Source: Nostoc sp. | GTDB lineage: Bacteria; Cyanobacteriota; Cyanobacteriia; Cyanobacteriales; Nostocaceae | DNA: 64,000 nt | NCBI GenBank assembly: GCA_036918135.1 | Contig: JBALDB010000006.1 | Location: forward strand, 94,158 to 158,157 | Direction: 5' to 3' | In this document: one piece after another, positions 44,105-54,304 of the stretch | Position numbering within the stretch: the stretch's first letter is position 1 | Layout: every line of letters begins with the position of its first letter | Made by a program: the position numbers and the translations under genes | Notes under the pieces: generated by a model | Databases searched by the model: none | Seen by the model: only the letters and a program-made list of their open reading frames with translations | What the model was told of the DNA's origin: nothing

Positions 44105-44800
44105 TCAAAAACCTCTACTCATAAGGATAAATTCTGCGATCGCTAAATCTTGTGGAGTGGTGACTTTTAAATTTGTCTCTTCTCCTTCGACAATTCGGAC
44201 TTGAATGCCGCATTTTTCAAACAAAGCGGCATCGTCTGTTACTTCCCAACTTTGACGGACACCTTCAGCATGACACTGCTTTAACAATTTGACATCAAAT
44301 CCTTGGGGAGTTTGTGCTGCCCACAGTTGTTGTCTGTCGGGTGTACTCTGAATTATTCCTTGTCCATCGACAACTTTGATGGTATCTTTGACAGCCACCG
44401 CAGCAATTAAACCAGGACAGTGGCAAATGGCTTGGGCGCAAGAGTTAAATAAATCTGGTGTGACCAGGCATCTAGCTCCGTCGTGAATCAACACTTGTTC
44501 TGCATCGGCTGGTAGCGCCTGTAAGCCATTGTAAACAGATTCTTGGCGAGTGGAGCCGCCTGGAATCAATTCGACTGGTTTGGTTAGCTTCAAATTGGTG
44601 AGAATTGCTTTAAAATCCGGCCAGTCAGTAGATTGGGAAATAATCCCGATCCAAGTAATTGTACTGGCGGCTTGGGCGGCTAACAAAGTCCAAGCAATAA
44701 TTGGTTGCGATCGCACTCTTAGCAGGAGTTTATTGCGGTTACTCCCCATTCTTTTTCCGATTCCCGCAGCTGGAATTAGTAAATACACAGAATTCCTCAA
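44105..44800 (-). CDS. ispD: 2-C-methyl-D-erythritol 4-phosphate cytidylyltransferase
   Basis: IPAAGIGKRMG, GGSTRQESV, IHDGARC, AQTPQGF, TDDA, NLKVTTP. Confidence 0.96.
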   Translation of the reverse strand: MRNSVYLLIPAAGIGKRMGSNRNKLLLRVRSQPIIAWTLLAAQAASTITWIGIISQSTDWPDFKAILTNLKLTKPVELIPGGSTRQESVYNGLQALPADAEQVLIHDGARCLVTPDLFNSCAQAICHCPGLIAAVAVKDTIKVVDGQGIIQSTPDRQQLWAAQTPQGFDVKLLKQCHAEGVRQSWEVTDDAALFEKCGIQVRIVEGEETNLKVTTPQDLAIAEFILMSRGF

Positions 44801-44857
44801 TCTTTAAGCTATATATTTTCCCCTAAAATAAGGAGCGAGTAAGCGTCAATAAATATT

Positions 44858-45817
44858 ATGCGAGTAGTAGCCCTTGTACCTGGCTCAATTGGCGACCAAA
44901 TTCTCTTGTTTCCGACTCTAGATAACCTGAAGCGCTATTACCCAAACGCTCAGATAGATGTCGTTGTTGAACCTCAAGCAAAGGTAGCCTACCAGGTCAG
45001 CAAGTCAGTTCACGAGGTACTGGCTTTTGATTTCAAAGACCGTAACAGTCTGGCAGATTGGGGCAACCTGGTGGGCACAATTCGCGATCGCGAGTACGAT
45101 GTTGCTATTGCTGTTAGACAAAGTTGGTTGGTAGGTCTTTTACTTTGGTTGACAGGAATTCCTATACGCATTGGTTACCAAGGCAAGGGTTCGGTTTTTC
45201 TAACCCAGGCTGTGCTGTTCAATCCATCCCAGTATGGAGCAGCAGCATATCACGAATTGCTGCAACCATTGGGTATTAATACTCCTGTACCAGAGTTGGC
45301 AGTAAATGTGCCAAAACCAGATATTGAGTGGGCACAAAAAGAACAAAAACGTTTAGGAGTACATGAAACAGGCTATATCTTGATTGATGGTCGTTCTGAG
45401 CAGTTATCTCAGGATAAAGAACAGGATAAAATCTACCCTGTCGAGAGTTGGCGGCAAATAATCCAAGATTTCCAACACAAGCAGCCGGATCTGCCTGTGG
45501 TGGTGATTAAGGGGGCTGACGATGACCAGTTTGTGCGATCGCTTCTGGAGTCTTCTCCAGATATCAAGGTGACTGCCCCAGGCGATATTGGTAAGTTAAC
45601 TGCCATGATTGCTGGGGCAAATTTAATGTTGTCTACTGATAGTGCGGCACTACAACTGAGCGTTGCAGTACAAACTTATACTATTGCCCTGTTTGGCCCC
45701 ACCGATCCAGCTAAGTTGTTGCCAAAAAACGATAAATTCTTTGCTATCAAATCCCCTACGGGCAAAACAGCGGATATTTCACCAAACGCTATTTTGGAGA
45801 AAATTTGGGGTGGTTGA
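44858..45817 (+). CDS. Glycosyltransferase family 9 (heptosyltransferase-like)
   Basis: GSIGDQILLFP, STDSAALQLSVA, IALFGPT. Confidence 0.88.
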   Translation: MRVVALVPGSIGDQILLFPTLDNLKRYYPNAQIDVVVEPQAKVAYQVSKSVHEVLAFDFKDRNSLADWGNLVGTIRDREYDVAIAVRQSWLVGLLLWLTGIPIRIGYQGKGSVFLTQAVLFNPSQYGAAAYHELLQPLGINTPVPELAVNVPKPDIEWAQKEQKRLGVHETGYILIDGRSEQLSQDKEQDKIYPVESWRQIIQDFQHKQPDLPVVVIKGADDDQFVRSLLESSPDIKVTAPGDIGKLTAMIAGANLMLSTDSAALQLSVAVQTYTIALFGPTDPAKLLPKNDKFFAIKSPTGKTADISPNAILEKIWGG

Positions 45818-46027
45818 ACAAGATAGAATTCAGAACACAGAACTCAGCAATCTTTTAGGGGAGGATTGAAACCCACCATCTAGAAGTACTACCAAATTTT
45901 CTTGTTTTATAGGGAACTTAAACCCGTTTATTAATTTACCAGTCGCACAGAATTGAGTTGAAATTCTGGCGACTGACGCCTTGCAATTCCCCACTTCAAG
46001 CATTCCTAAATTATGAATTCTGACAAA

Positions 46028-46198
46028 GAAGGCAGGAGGCAGAAGGAAATAAGTATTAATAAAACTTTAGTTCTGGGTCTAAGTAGAATGGTGTGGAAAA
46101 ACAAAACTATGTTAGGAAAAATTAAATAGACTTAAACCCTCTTCCCTCCTGCCTTCTGCCTTCTGCCTCCTGCCTCCTATCTCGTGCCTCCTGACTTC
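46028..46198. repeat. Dispersed element flanked by inverted GGCAGGA/TCCTGCC heptamer runs
   Basis: GGCAGGAGGCAGAAGG on the left, CCTCCTGCCTTCTGCC on the right; internal AAGTATTAATAAAACT resembles the reverse complement of 49215-49258. Confidence 0.6.
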
Positions 46199-46199
46199 T

Positions 46200-46685
46200 T
46201 TAAAATATCTCAAAAAAAGCATCATCTAATTCATAACCCAGCATTTGCGCCATAGACTTCAGCCGGGATAAGCTGGGAATGCCTTGCTGTTTGAGCCAAT
46301 CACCTAAGATAAAGATTTTGTGCATCAAAAATATCTCTAAGGCTTCAGGATTGTACTGAATGCCTTCTTGAGAACTGAACTGATGTGGTACTAACATGGC
46401 GGTATAACGAGCAAATTCTCCAGCTTTCCAATCCAGTAAAAATGGTAACCAGGGGTATTTGGCGTCTAAACGTACGAACCACAGCCGGATCTCTGGAATT
46501 TCTGAGAGTTCTCGTGGGTCGCTTGGTTCTTTGTCGTAATTGATATCAAAGCGTAGCTGCTGTTCGTGGGCCGCAACCCCATCTTGCAGCAGTTGTTCGA
46601 TCGCCACGAAAGCAGGTGACAGATCCAAATTGTTAATCAAGTCATTATTGAGTGCAATCGCAATTGTTTTTGACTCAGCAGCCAC
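46200..46685 (-). CDS. crr6: CRR6 family NdhI maturation factor
   Basis: DPRELSEIPEIRLWFVRLDAKYPWLP..LDW, AMLVPHQF, NPEALEIF. Confidence 0.88.
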   Translation of the reverse strand: MAAESKTIAIALNNDLINNLDLSPAFVAIEQLLQDGVAAHEQQLRFDINYDKEPSDPRELSEIPEIRLWFVRLDAKYPWLPFLLDWKAGEFARYTAMLVPHQFSSQEGIQYNPEALEIFLMHKIFILGDWLKQQGIPSLSRLKSMAQMLGYELDDAFFEIF

Positions 46686-47073
46686 TTTCTTTTTGCTCTA
46701 GTGTAGGATCGAGAATCCACAGTAGCAGTTTTGAGCGATTGACGCTAGATTCAGCAAAAAAGTCCTGACTCACAAAACTTCTGATGTCTAGCAATCGGCA
46801 CTTACACTATATTTTGCTCAATTAGAAATATCACTTTGATAGCTGCTATAATCACTCACTTATTACTGAAAAATTATTACACCCAAAATATGCTGTAATA
46901 CAAGAATAAGCCTATTTAAGCGAGGCAACTTCTGCTCTTTGGTAGACATTTGTAGTATTTTTAAGCTAAAGTTGTAATGAGTTTGTTTTAGGTTAAGTTC
47001 TGGCAAAGCAGGCATCAAAAGCAAAAAGTCGTTATTGCAACCTGTGACTTCCGCAGCATTAAAAGCCAAAACA

Positions 47074-47180
47074 TATAGCAGGAGGCAGGAGCCAGAGGGC
47101 AGGAGGCAGGAGGTAAAACTATTGCTAACTCTCTTCTTTCACCCCATCCTTATGTCCTAAAGAGTGTGACTGCGGCTATA
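47074..47180 (-). mobile_element. 107-bp MITE-like element (TATAGC...GCTATA family), inverted
   Basis: Reverse complement reads TATAGCCGCAGTCACA..TTAGGACAT..TTTTACCTCCTGCC..CTGCTATA, colinear with 5245-5345. Confidence 0.72.
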
Positions 47181-47278
47181 AGTGCAGGTGAAAAGATTGT
47201 GTGCAATATCCATGCATATATTAAATGACCAATAAACATTAACAGGGGAAAATTCCCCCACAGTTAACAAGCTGTAAT

Positions 47279-47725
47279 ATGCAAAAACAAACAATTACTA
47301 CAAGACCAATTCGTTCTCTAGAAGATGCATTAGAGCGGTGTCAAGTCCTGGGTATGCGCGTCAGCCGCCAGCGTCGCTTTATTCTAGAACTACTTTGGCA
47401 AGCAAACGAACATCTTTCTGCTAGAGAGATTTACGATCGCTTAAATCAACAAGGCAAAGAAATCGGTCATACTTCGGTATATCAAAATTTAGAAGCATTA
47501 TCAAGTCAAGGTATCATTGAGTGTATTGAACGATGCGACGGGCGTTTGTACGGGAACATTAGTGATTCTCATAGTCATGTCAATTGTATAGATACAAATC
47601 AAATTCTCGACGTTCACGTGCAACTGCCAGAAGATTTTCTCCACCAAATTGAACAACAAACAGGAGTGCGGATCACCGACTATAGTATTAACTTTTATGG
47701 TTACCGCAACTCACAAGAAAGTTAG
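47279..47725 (+). CDS. furC: Fur-family regulator FurC/PerR
   Basis: GMRVSRQRRFILELL, EHLSAREIY, TSVYQNL, HSHVNC; closely matches recalled Anabaena FurC. Confidence 0.85.
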   Translation: MQKQTITTRPIRSLEDALERCQVLGMRVSRQRRFILELLWQANEHLSAREIYDRLNQQGKEIGHTSVYQNLEALSSQGIIECIERCDGRLYGNISDSHSHVNCIDTNQILDVHVQLPEDFLHQIEQQTGVRITDYSINFYGYRNSQES

Positions 47726-47775
47726 AGGCTCGGTATTGGGGATTGGGTATTGAGATATTCTTAAATATTTATTTC

Positions 47776-49008
47776 CTACTTTCTAATTTCCAGTCCCCTG
47801 TGTAGTGCAAAACGACGTTCTGCAGGGCGTGCCAATGTCGTATAGGCGGCATATGAGGCGATCGCAAATGCTGCCATGACACCAGACATAGCGATGGCAC
47901 TGTGTCCATCATAAAGGAAAGCCACTAACCCACTAGCCAGTGAGCCACCTAGCATTTGCAAAAATCCGATGACTGCGGCTGCAACTCCAGCACTTTCTGG
48001 TACTGGCTGGATAGCACCATGTATGGCATTCGGTGAAATTATTCCGCGACAAAAAGTATTCAGCACCAGCAACGGCATGAGTGTAGCAACATGTGCTGCA
48101 CTACTTATTGATATAACCACAAGTGCCACAGTGGAAACGACAGCGACAATTAAACTAATACTGAGTAATCGTGAAGGTGGTACACCTTGCATACTCCAGC
48201 GCCCATTCAGGAATGAACCCACCACGATCCCGAAGGCGGTTGAGGCAAATAGCCAACCGTAGACTGTGGTTGAGACACCGAAAACATTGAGCATCACTAG
48301 TGGCGATCCGGCAACGTAGGCGAACATACACCCAAAGTTCATTGCATTGACAAGGGCATAGCCAAAGCAAATTGGATTGCTGAGAATCTTTCCGTAATTA
48401 TTGATTAGCCGACGTGGTTTGATAGCATTTACATCATACTGAGCTAGAGACTCACTCAGCCCGAAACCAACAGCCAGTAAGAGCAATAATCCTCCCACAG
48501 CCAGCAGACCATAGATTGCCCGCCAAGAAGCGATCGCCAAAACCCACCCACCGATTGTAGGTGCAATCATCGGTGCTACACTCATCACCAAGTTGACGTA
48601 AGAAAGTTGTGCCCGTGCTTGTGGGCCATCAAATAAATCTCGGACAATTGCTAAAGTTATCACCATGCCAGCACCAGCACCAGCACCTTGAACTAACCGC
48701 CAAGCAATCAAAGTAGTAATCGATGGTGCCGCAGCACAGATTGCACCAGCCAGCGTAAAGATACCACAGCCCGCAAGTAGAACTGGCTTACGTCCATAAC
48801 AATCGGAAAGGGGTCCAAAACCGAGCTGCGCGATCGCAAAACCAAGCATAAACAAACTAAGTGTTAGTCCCACCGCGCCTGGTGACGTTAACAGCGCCCT
48901 ACTGATGGTAGGGAATGCTGGTAGCCCCATATCAATTGACAAGGGCGGTAGTGCAGAAAGCGCCCCTAGCAAGATCGTAAAGCCTAGAGATTTGGGTTTA
49001 ATTCGCAT
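47776..49008 (-). CDS. Bcr/CflA family MFS efflux transporter
   Basis: LSIDMGLPA, GPLSDCYGRKPVLL, AIVRDLF, APTIGG; about 12 TM segments. Confidence 0.92.
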   Translation of the reverse strand: MRIKPKSLGFTILLGALSALPPLSIDMGLPAFPTISRALLTSPGAVGLTLSLFMLGFAIAQLGFGPLSDCYGRKPVLLAGCGIFTLAGAICAAAPSITTLIAWRLVQGAGAGAGMVITLAIVRDLFDGPQARAQLSYVNLVMSVAPMIAPTIGGWVLAIASWRAIYGLLAVGGLLLLLAVGFGLSESLAQYDVNAIKPRRLINNYGKILSNPICFGYALVNAMNFGCMFAYVAGSPLVMLNVFGVSTTVYGWLFASTAFGIVVGSFLNGRWSMQGVPPSRLLSISLIVAVVSTVALVVISISSAAHVATLMPLLVLNTFCRGIISPNAIHGAIQPVPESAGVAAAVIGFLQMLGGSLASGLVAFLYDGHSAIAMSGVMAAFAIASYAAYTTLARPAERRFALHRGLEIRK

Positions 49009-49083
49009 TTTTTTAGCTTGCTAAAGGGGCATGGGTAAACTTAGCTTTTAAGTAGGTCGGTGTGAATATTTATCGTTGGGATA

Positions 49084-49258
49084 AGGCAGAAGGCAGTTCT
49101 TGCTGGAGGCAGGAGGAACCGACGTTTTAAAACGTGGGACTTAGGCTGTAGACCTTTGTATCGAGTGGCACTTTCCGCTCGATACAATTCTTTTTTTAAA
49201 CTGGGCTTTATACTCAGCAACTTTAGTTTTAATTAATACTTCTTTCCTCTTGCCTTCT
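49084..49258. repeat. Dispersed element related to 46028-46198, with internal hairpin
   Basis: AGGCAGAAGGCAG left end, CCTCTTGCCTTCT right end, internal TTGTATCGAG...CTCGATACAA inverted repeat. Confidence 0.55.
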
Positions 49259-49337
49259 TTTGTAAAAGTGTTTCGAGTATTTTAACCGATTGACAAAAGG
49301 CGTTTTATCTTAACCTCTTATAAATAGTCCCCACTTC

Positions 49338-52300
49338 CTATTCCCCAATAGAATTATTGCCAAATACAGTTTCATTAACTGCGTCATCATCATCATCTAA
49401 ATCTATTGGTAAAATTGTGCCTTCACAGCTTTCAATTAGTCCAATTATTAGGGGATTACTCGAATTAACATCTGTGTTTGATGTGATTTTTTCGCTGTTG
49501 AATAAGGGTTGCTGCGATTGTAAATTTTTCACTTTTTCAAACGATTCTTTGGAGAACAAAGCACCATTATTGGTGGCTAATTTTTTGTCAGTGTCAGTAA
49601 GTATGGTATCAAATAAGCAGGCATTCGTGAGATTAGCAAATTTCAGATTTACACCCATCAGGTTTGCTTGTTGGAGGTTTGCACCTGCAAGATTTGCCTG
49701 TTGAAGATTTGCACCTGCAAGATTTGCTTGTTGAAGATTTGCGCCTACAAGATTTGCCTGTTGAAGATTTGCGCCTGCGAAATTCGCCCCAATTAACTCC
49801 GCATTAGATAAGTTTATTTGCTCAAGATTTATTTGAGTTAATATCACTTGCAATAAAGAGGCTCCTGATAGGTTAAGTCCAGCCAAAGACTTGATTCGGG
49901 TTGTGAAAGCTCTTTTGGACAAAACTGTTGTCCTAGCAATCAGCGCACTTAAAGCCTCTGGATTGAATTGTGTCAAATTGATTGGATTACCACAAGGCCA
50001 AAAAGAAATTTTTGTTTCTTGGTAGCAAGCACAAAGTAATAAAAATACATTCAGTCCCACCGCAGCATTTATCTGCTCAACATTTACAGGGTTTTGCAGT
50101 GCGTGAAAGTGAGTTAAAGCTTTATGTACTATTCCTTCATCTAACCAACGCCCTTGACAGTAACCACGCCAGAAAGACAAAAGACGTTGAAATAAAACTT
50201 CAAAAGAAAACTGCTCTTTTTGCTCTTTGCGTAATCCCTCGATCGCCAGTTCTTCAATTTCCTGACTAAGTATCCCATAACCGAGTAAATTGTAGATATG
50301 CTCAGCTACACTACTGGGAGAATCAAGCATAAAAGTAAGCGTCCCATAAGCCTCATCTCGGTGCTGAGTTAGAAATTTCAACTCCCCAGCAATAGCTTTT
50401 GCACAAAGATATTCTCCCAACTTGGTATGTGAAAACCCAATTACTCTCTGCGCCCACCGAAGTTCAGATCGGCGGAAGCCGCTGCTCCGACTTCTCTGGG
50501 CGCCTGGGCGCGAGCTTTCCAAATCTCTAATTTCAAAATAAAATCTTGGTAAATTTTCATATTCCTCAACCCAATTGATTTGATAACGCTGCGAGTGTAA
50601 AATTTTTAAAGCGATCGCCTGCATCTGCTCAAGTAAATTTTGGGGAGCGCGATCGCCGAGTAAATTAGCGATCGCTTCTGGAGTCCGATGAATATGAGCA
50701 AATCCCGATCGCCACAGCATAGTATTCATTCCACCAGTTAAGGGATAGCCCAATAACCAGCGATTCAAGCGATGATAAATTTCCCATAACAAAGCAGCCT
50801 TGCTAGTTAAGTGCAATAACTCTTCATCTAGCATTCCTTCGCGGTGTAAAATTCCCAATAAATGCAGCATTAAAGGTTGACGAACAAAGACAGATAGTTC
50901 TGAAAACTTTGATTTGGCAAATAACCCCGCCTGTTTTAAGAATGTAAATAAATTTTGAGCAATGGGCAACGATTGTACTTTTGCCCACTGGTGAAACCAT
51001 TGTTTGAGTTCTTCTACATCCAACGGCTGGATAGTAATTCGTTTAAATAAGCCCAGTACTTGTGGGACAATATCCTGCAACGGTGTTGACGTTAACACAA
51101 TTTTGTGGCGGTGCTGAGACTGAAAGTTGAGCAATTGCTGAATAAAAATTGCTTTTGTTCTGATACCCACAGCTTCAGGGGGTAGTTCATCCAGGCCATC
51201 CAGCAACAACAAACAACGAGGATTTTCTTGTTCTAACCAAGTTGAAAGATTAACTTCAAAAGCCGAATTGAGAGTTTCGGTAAAAGTTTTGCCGTATTTT
51301 ACATCTCGCAACCTAATTAGTATCGGCATCCAATCAGGGTAAAATTTTTCTGCCACCTGTGCCGCCCAAAGTTGGCAAAAACTAGTTTTTCCATAACCAG
51401 GTTCCGACTCAATCACAGCGATGGTTTCTAAATCAGCTAGTTGTTGTTGTGCCCATGTATTTAAATCAACTGGCGTAACAGTTTTTTTATCCTGCTCAGA
51501 AATGCTTTCTTGTATTGGTAAGCCTTTTTGTGGCACATAGATATCCTTAAGGGCAAAGGATTCCATCAGCAATGGCATACTCAGATTTTTAATCAAACTT
51601 GCCCGGTACTGTTCTCGGTGTAAGTCAATTTCATCGCTTACCGTAGAATCGGCTGATGAAATTCCCAATCTGACAAATTTTTGCAGTTGCGCTAAAGGAG
51701 CAGCATTTTCGGTAATCACTACCAGTAAGTCACCAGGAAGTGAATTGAGCAAACGCTGTGTTAAGAGTTTAGCTTCAGCTTCCTCTGCACCATTGGCAAC
51801 CAACCAAGCTATAGCAGCATTATTTATTTGTTGTACGAGTAATGAGTCAGCAATTAAAGACAGTGCTTGTTCAGCTTGAGTGTCAGTCAATTTACCTGGG
51901 CTGAGAGTTTTCAGCAGTGCTTGTAGTTGCGGATCTTGGAGGGTGTGTTTACCCACTTCCTCTTGCAGGATGTTTGCTTGGGCGGATATTTTTGCTCGGT
52001 CTAGCCACGGTCTTTGGAGGCTTGATTCCTGCTCTAAAATTGCTTGCAAAGCTTGAAGATAGGCAATTTGAAAGGCTAGCCATGTACCTTCGTTACGTTT
52101 TAAAGGTTTTTTTTGGCTGAGGCTACGCAACAAGCTTGCTGTCAACTCACAAATGACACTGATTTCTTGGCAAACAATACTTAAGGGTAATTCTAAGATT
52201 TCTACTAAAGTACAGATATCAAAAGGCATCAGACTTTTGACTTCCATATCCTGAACAATACGGTAAGCAATACCTGCCAATTGCCCCGCTGAAAATCCCC

Positions 52301-52358
52301 TGATTTGATTGATTGCGATATAGCGTTCTGCCAACCAGTGCCGAATACTTAGGTTCAT
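49338..52358 (-). CDS. NACHT-like NTPase with C-terminal pentapeptide repeats
   Basis: ESEPGYGKTS Walker A, LLLLDGLDEL Walker B, F.H...GEYL.A, tandem ANLQQ/ANLAG repeats. Confidence 0.9.
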   Translation of the reverse strand: MNLSIRHWLAERYIAINQIRGFSAGQLAGIAYRIVQDMEVKSLMPFDICTLVEILELPLSIVCQEISVICELTASLLRSLSQKKPLKRNEGTWLAFQIAYLQALQAILEQESSLQRPWLDRAKISAQANILQEEVGKHTLQDPQLQALLKTLSPGKLTDTQAEQALSLIADSLLVQQINNAAIAWLVANGAEEAEAKLLTQRLLNSLPGDLLVVITENAAPLAQLQKFVRLGISSADSTVSDEIDLHREQYRASLIKNLSMPLLMESFALKDIYVPQKGLPIQESISEQDKKTVTPVDLNTWAQQQLADLETIAVIESEPGYGKTSFCQLWAAQVAEKFYPDWMPILIRLRDVKYGKTFTETLNSAFEVNLSTWLEQENPRCLLLLDGLDELPPEAVGIRTKAIFIQQLLNFQSQHRHKIVLTSTPLQDIVPQVLGLFKRITIQPLDVEELKQWFHQWAKVQSLPIAQNLFTFLKQAGLFAKSKFSELSVFVRQPLMLHLLGILHREGMLDEELLHLTSKAALLWEIYHRLNRWLLGYPLTGGMNTMLWRSGFAHIHRTPEAIANLLGDRAPQNLLEQMQAIALKILHSQRYQINWVEEYENLPRFYFEIRDLESSRPGAQRSRSSGFRRSELRWAQRVIGFSHTKLGEYLCAKAIAGELKFLTQHRDEAYGTLTFMLDSPSSVAEHIYNLLGYGILSQEIEELAIEGLRKEQKEQFSFEVLFQRLLSFWRGYCQGRWLDEGIVHKALTHFHALQNPVNVEQINAAVGLNVFLLLCACYQETKISFWPCGNPINLTQFNPEALSALIARTTVLSKRAFTTRIKSLAGLNLSGASLLQVILTQINLEQINLSNAELIGANFAGANLQQANLVGANLQQANLAGANLQQANLAGANLQQANLMGVNLKFANLTNACLFDTILTDTDKKLATNNGALFSKESFEKVKNLQSQQPLFNSEKITSNTDVNSSNPLIIGLIESCEGTILPIDLDDDDDAVNETVFGNNSIGE

Positions 52359-52501
52359 TTAATTACACGGTGAAGGCTGCTATGGCAATTATGATCGATT
52401 TATTCAGTTTGCGAAAACAGGTAACAATGGGGAAGACAAAGTTTTATCTCAAAGTTGTTTTCTGATTGGGAAAAAACAGTGCTTGTATAACCGAGCAGAC
52501 T

Positions 52502-54244
52502 ATGAGCGATCGCCCTCTGAAATTACTGCTTGTAGACCAAGACCCGATTTTTCGTTTGGGATTACGGGTAGCTCTAGAAGCAATTGCTGACCTGCAAGTA
52601 ACGGCAGTGGTAGAAACGGATACTGCCGCCTTGCAGATTTTAGCAGAAATCGCCCAACAAGACCCCAACGAAGTAAATTTGGTAATTTTGGAATTAGGTA
52701 ATGGTCGTTCTTTTAGCACTCAGCAGCTAGGATTGCAATTCTGTCGCCAACTGAGAACCTTGTACCCCAACCTGCCAATTTTGCTTCTCAGTTCAGTTCA
52801 AGAACAAGGATTACTATTAGCTGCCAAATCTATTGGTGTAAATGGCTACTGTCCAAAAGGTACACCTGTTTCTGAGTTAGTCGCCACTATGCGACAAGTT
52901 GCAGATGGTAGTTCCCATTGGTTTGACCATAACTCTTGTACAGACGCGATTAATCGCGTCTCTACCCCCTCCCCCCAGCCTTTGTTCAAGCTGCGAAATA
53001 ATTTACGTTTGTCAGGGATTGGTTACATTAACGGTACCTTAGCGGCAGTAACAACACAATTACAAGTACCTGGACTACCAATCTTAGATCGGGCAATTCT
53101 GGCTGGACAGCAACGAGAACTGTTAGCAGCTCGTTGGTTGCTCAATCGGTTGCTGGTTTCATCACAAGAAAAACAACAAGAAAATATTTTGGTTACCGAT
53201 GAGCCTTCAGGTACTTTATCGACTAGTGCCATTCAGCAAACGCAAACGCCACTACCTCTGCTAACCACAGCAGCGTTACAATCTGCTTTGTTTGCCTCTT
53301 GCGTTACTAAACTTCAATTTTCTTTAGAAAATGTTACAGATGTCGCTTTAGAAATTGATATTTTACGCGAACAAAAAAAGCGAGAATTACTTTATTTGAT
53401 TCTCCAAAAATTTGCCCAACAATTGGATGAATTGAGAGCTTCTGAAATTGAAATCAATCAATTATTTGAAATAAAGAATACCTTAATTATTGATTTATGG
53501 CAGGCAGGAATTACAGATTTTTTTGGAAAATTTTATTTAATCAAAATTCAGAATAAAAATATAGAACTTGTTAAATTATTATTACAACAAACCGAAGTTG
53601 TCCAAAAAGAAATTCTAAATAAAATTCCCTTAACTTGGGAATTATATAATTATTTTTTATTTCAAACAGAGTTGAACATTAATAATATACCATATTCAGC
53701 AGTCAGTAATGAAGCTAAATCCCAAGCGTTAATGATTTTAGAAAATTTATTAATTCAGGTAGCAAATGGTATAGTACAACCACTGCTAAATTCATTGGCA
53801 GATGTAGAAATCATTAAACAAAATTTTTATGGAAGTAGATTGATTTCTACAAGAGAGATTGAAAAATTTAGAAATGAATTGTCGTGGAAATATCGTTTTA
53901 ATAATTATATAAATGAAGCTCAAGCAGTTTTTGAAAGTCGCTATGAAATATTTGTGATTGCACCTCGTGGAATAGCCAAAACTTCAATATATGCCCCTCG
54001 CAACCAGGAATTAGAACAACTTTCTAATATTCCTTTATTAGTCACACTGATTCTAGAATTTAGTGATGCGATCGCACCGCGTTTAAAATCACTACTAGCT
54101 TTTTTAGGTAGCGGCGTTGTCTTCATTTTGACCCAAGTAATCGGGCGTGGTTTAGGTTTAATCGGTCGTGGTATTCTCCAAGGTATTGGTAATGTTTCCT
54201 TAATAGAAAAGAATTTTAGACGAAATAGCGATCGGAGTAAGTGA
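52502..54244 (+). CDS. Receiver-like domain + DUF3685 protein (Ycf55-like)
   Basis: LLLVDQDPIFRLGL pseudo-receiver; STREIEKFRNELSW, FESRY, IGRGLGLIGRGILQG. Confidence 0.85.
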   Translation: MSDRPLKLLLVDQDPIFRLGLRVALEAIADLQVTAVVETDTAALQILAEIAQQDPNEVNLVILELGNGRSFSTQQLGLQFCRQLRTLYPNLPILLLSSVQEQGLLLAAKSIGVNGYCPKGTPVSELVATMRQVADGSSHWFDHNSCTDAINRVSTPSPQPLFKLRNNLRLSGIGYINGTLAAVTTQLQVPGLPILDRAILAGQQRELLAARWLLNRLLVSSQEKQQENILVTDEPSGTLSTSAIQQTQTPLPLLTTAALQSALFASCVTKLQFSLENVTDVALEIDILREQKKRELLYLILQKFAQQLDELRASEIEINQLFEIKNTLIIDLWQAGITDFFGKFYLIKIQNKNIELVKLLLQQTEVVQKEILNKIPLTWELYNYFLFQTELNINNIPYSAVSNEAKSQALMILENLLIQVANGIVQPLLNSLADVEIIKQNFYGSRLISTREIEKFRNELSWKYRFNNYINEAQAVFESRYEIFVIAPRGIAKTSIYAPRNQELEQLSNIPLLVTLILEFSDAIAPRLKSLLAFLGSGVVFILTQVIGRGLGLIGRGILQGIGNVSLIEKNFRRNSDRSK

Positions 54245-54304
54245 AAGGGAGATGGGGAGATGGAGAAAAGTAGTTAATCACAAATGACCAAAGACAAATG
54301 ACAA

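Noticed and set aside
37260..44800. ispG and ispD as part of the terpene synthase cluster
   Set aside because: They are 16-24 kb away among housekeeping genes; proximity alone does not support functional clustering.
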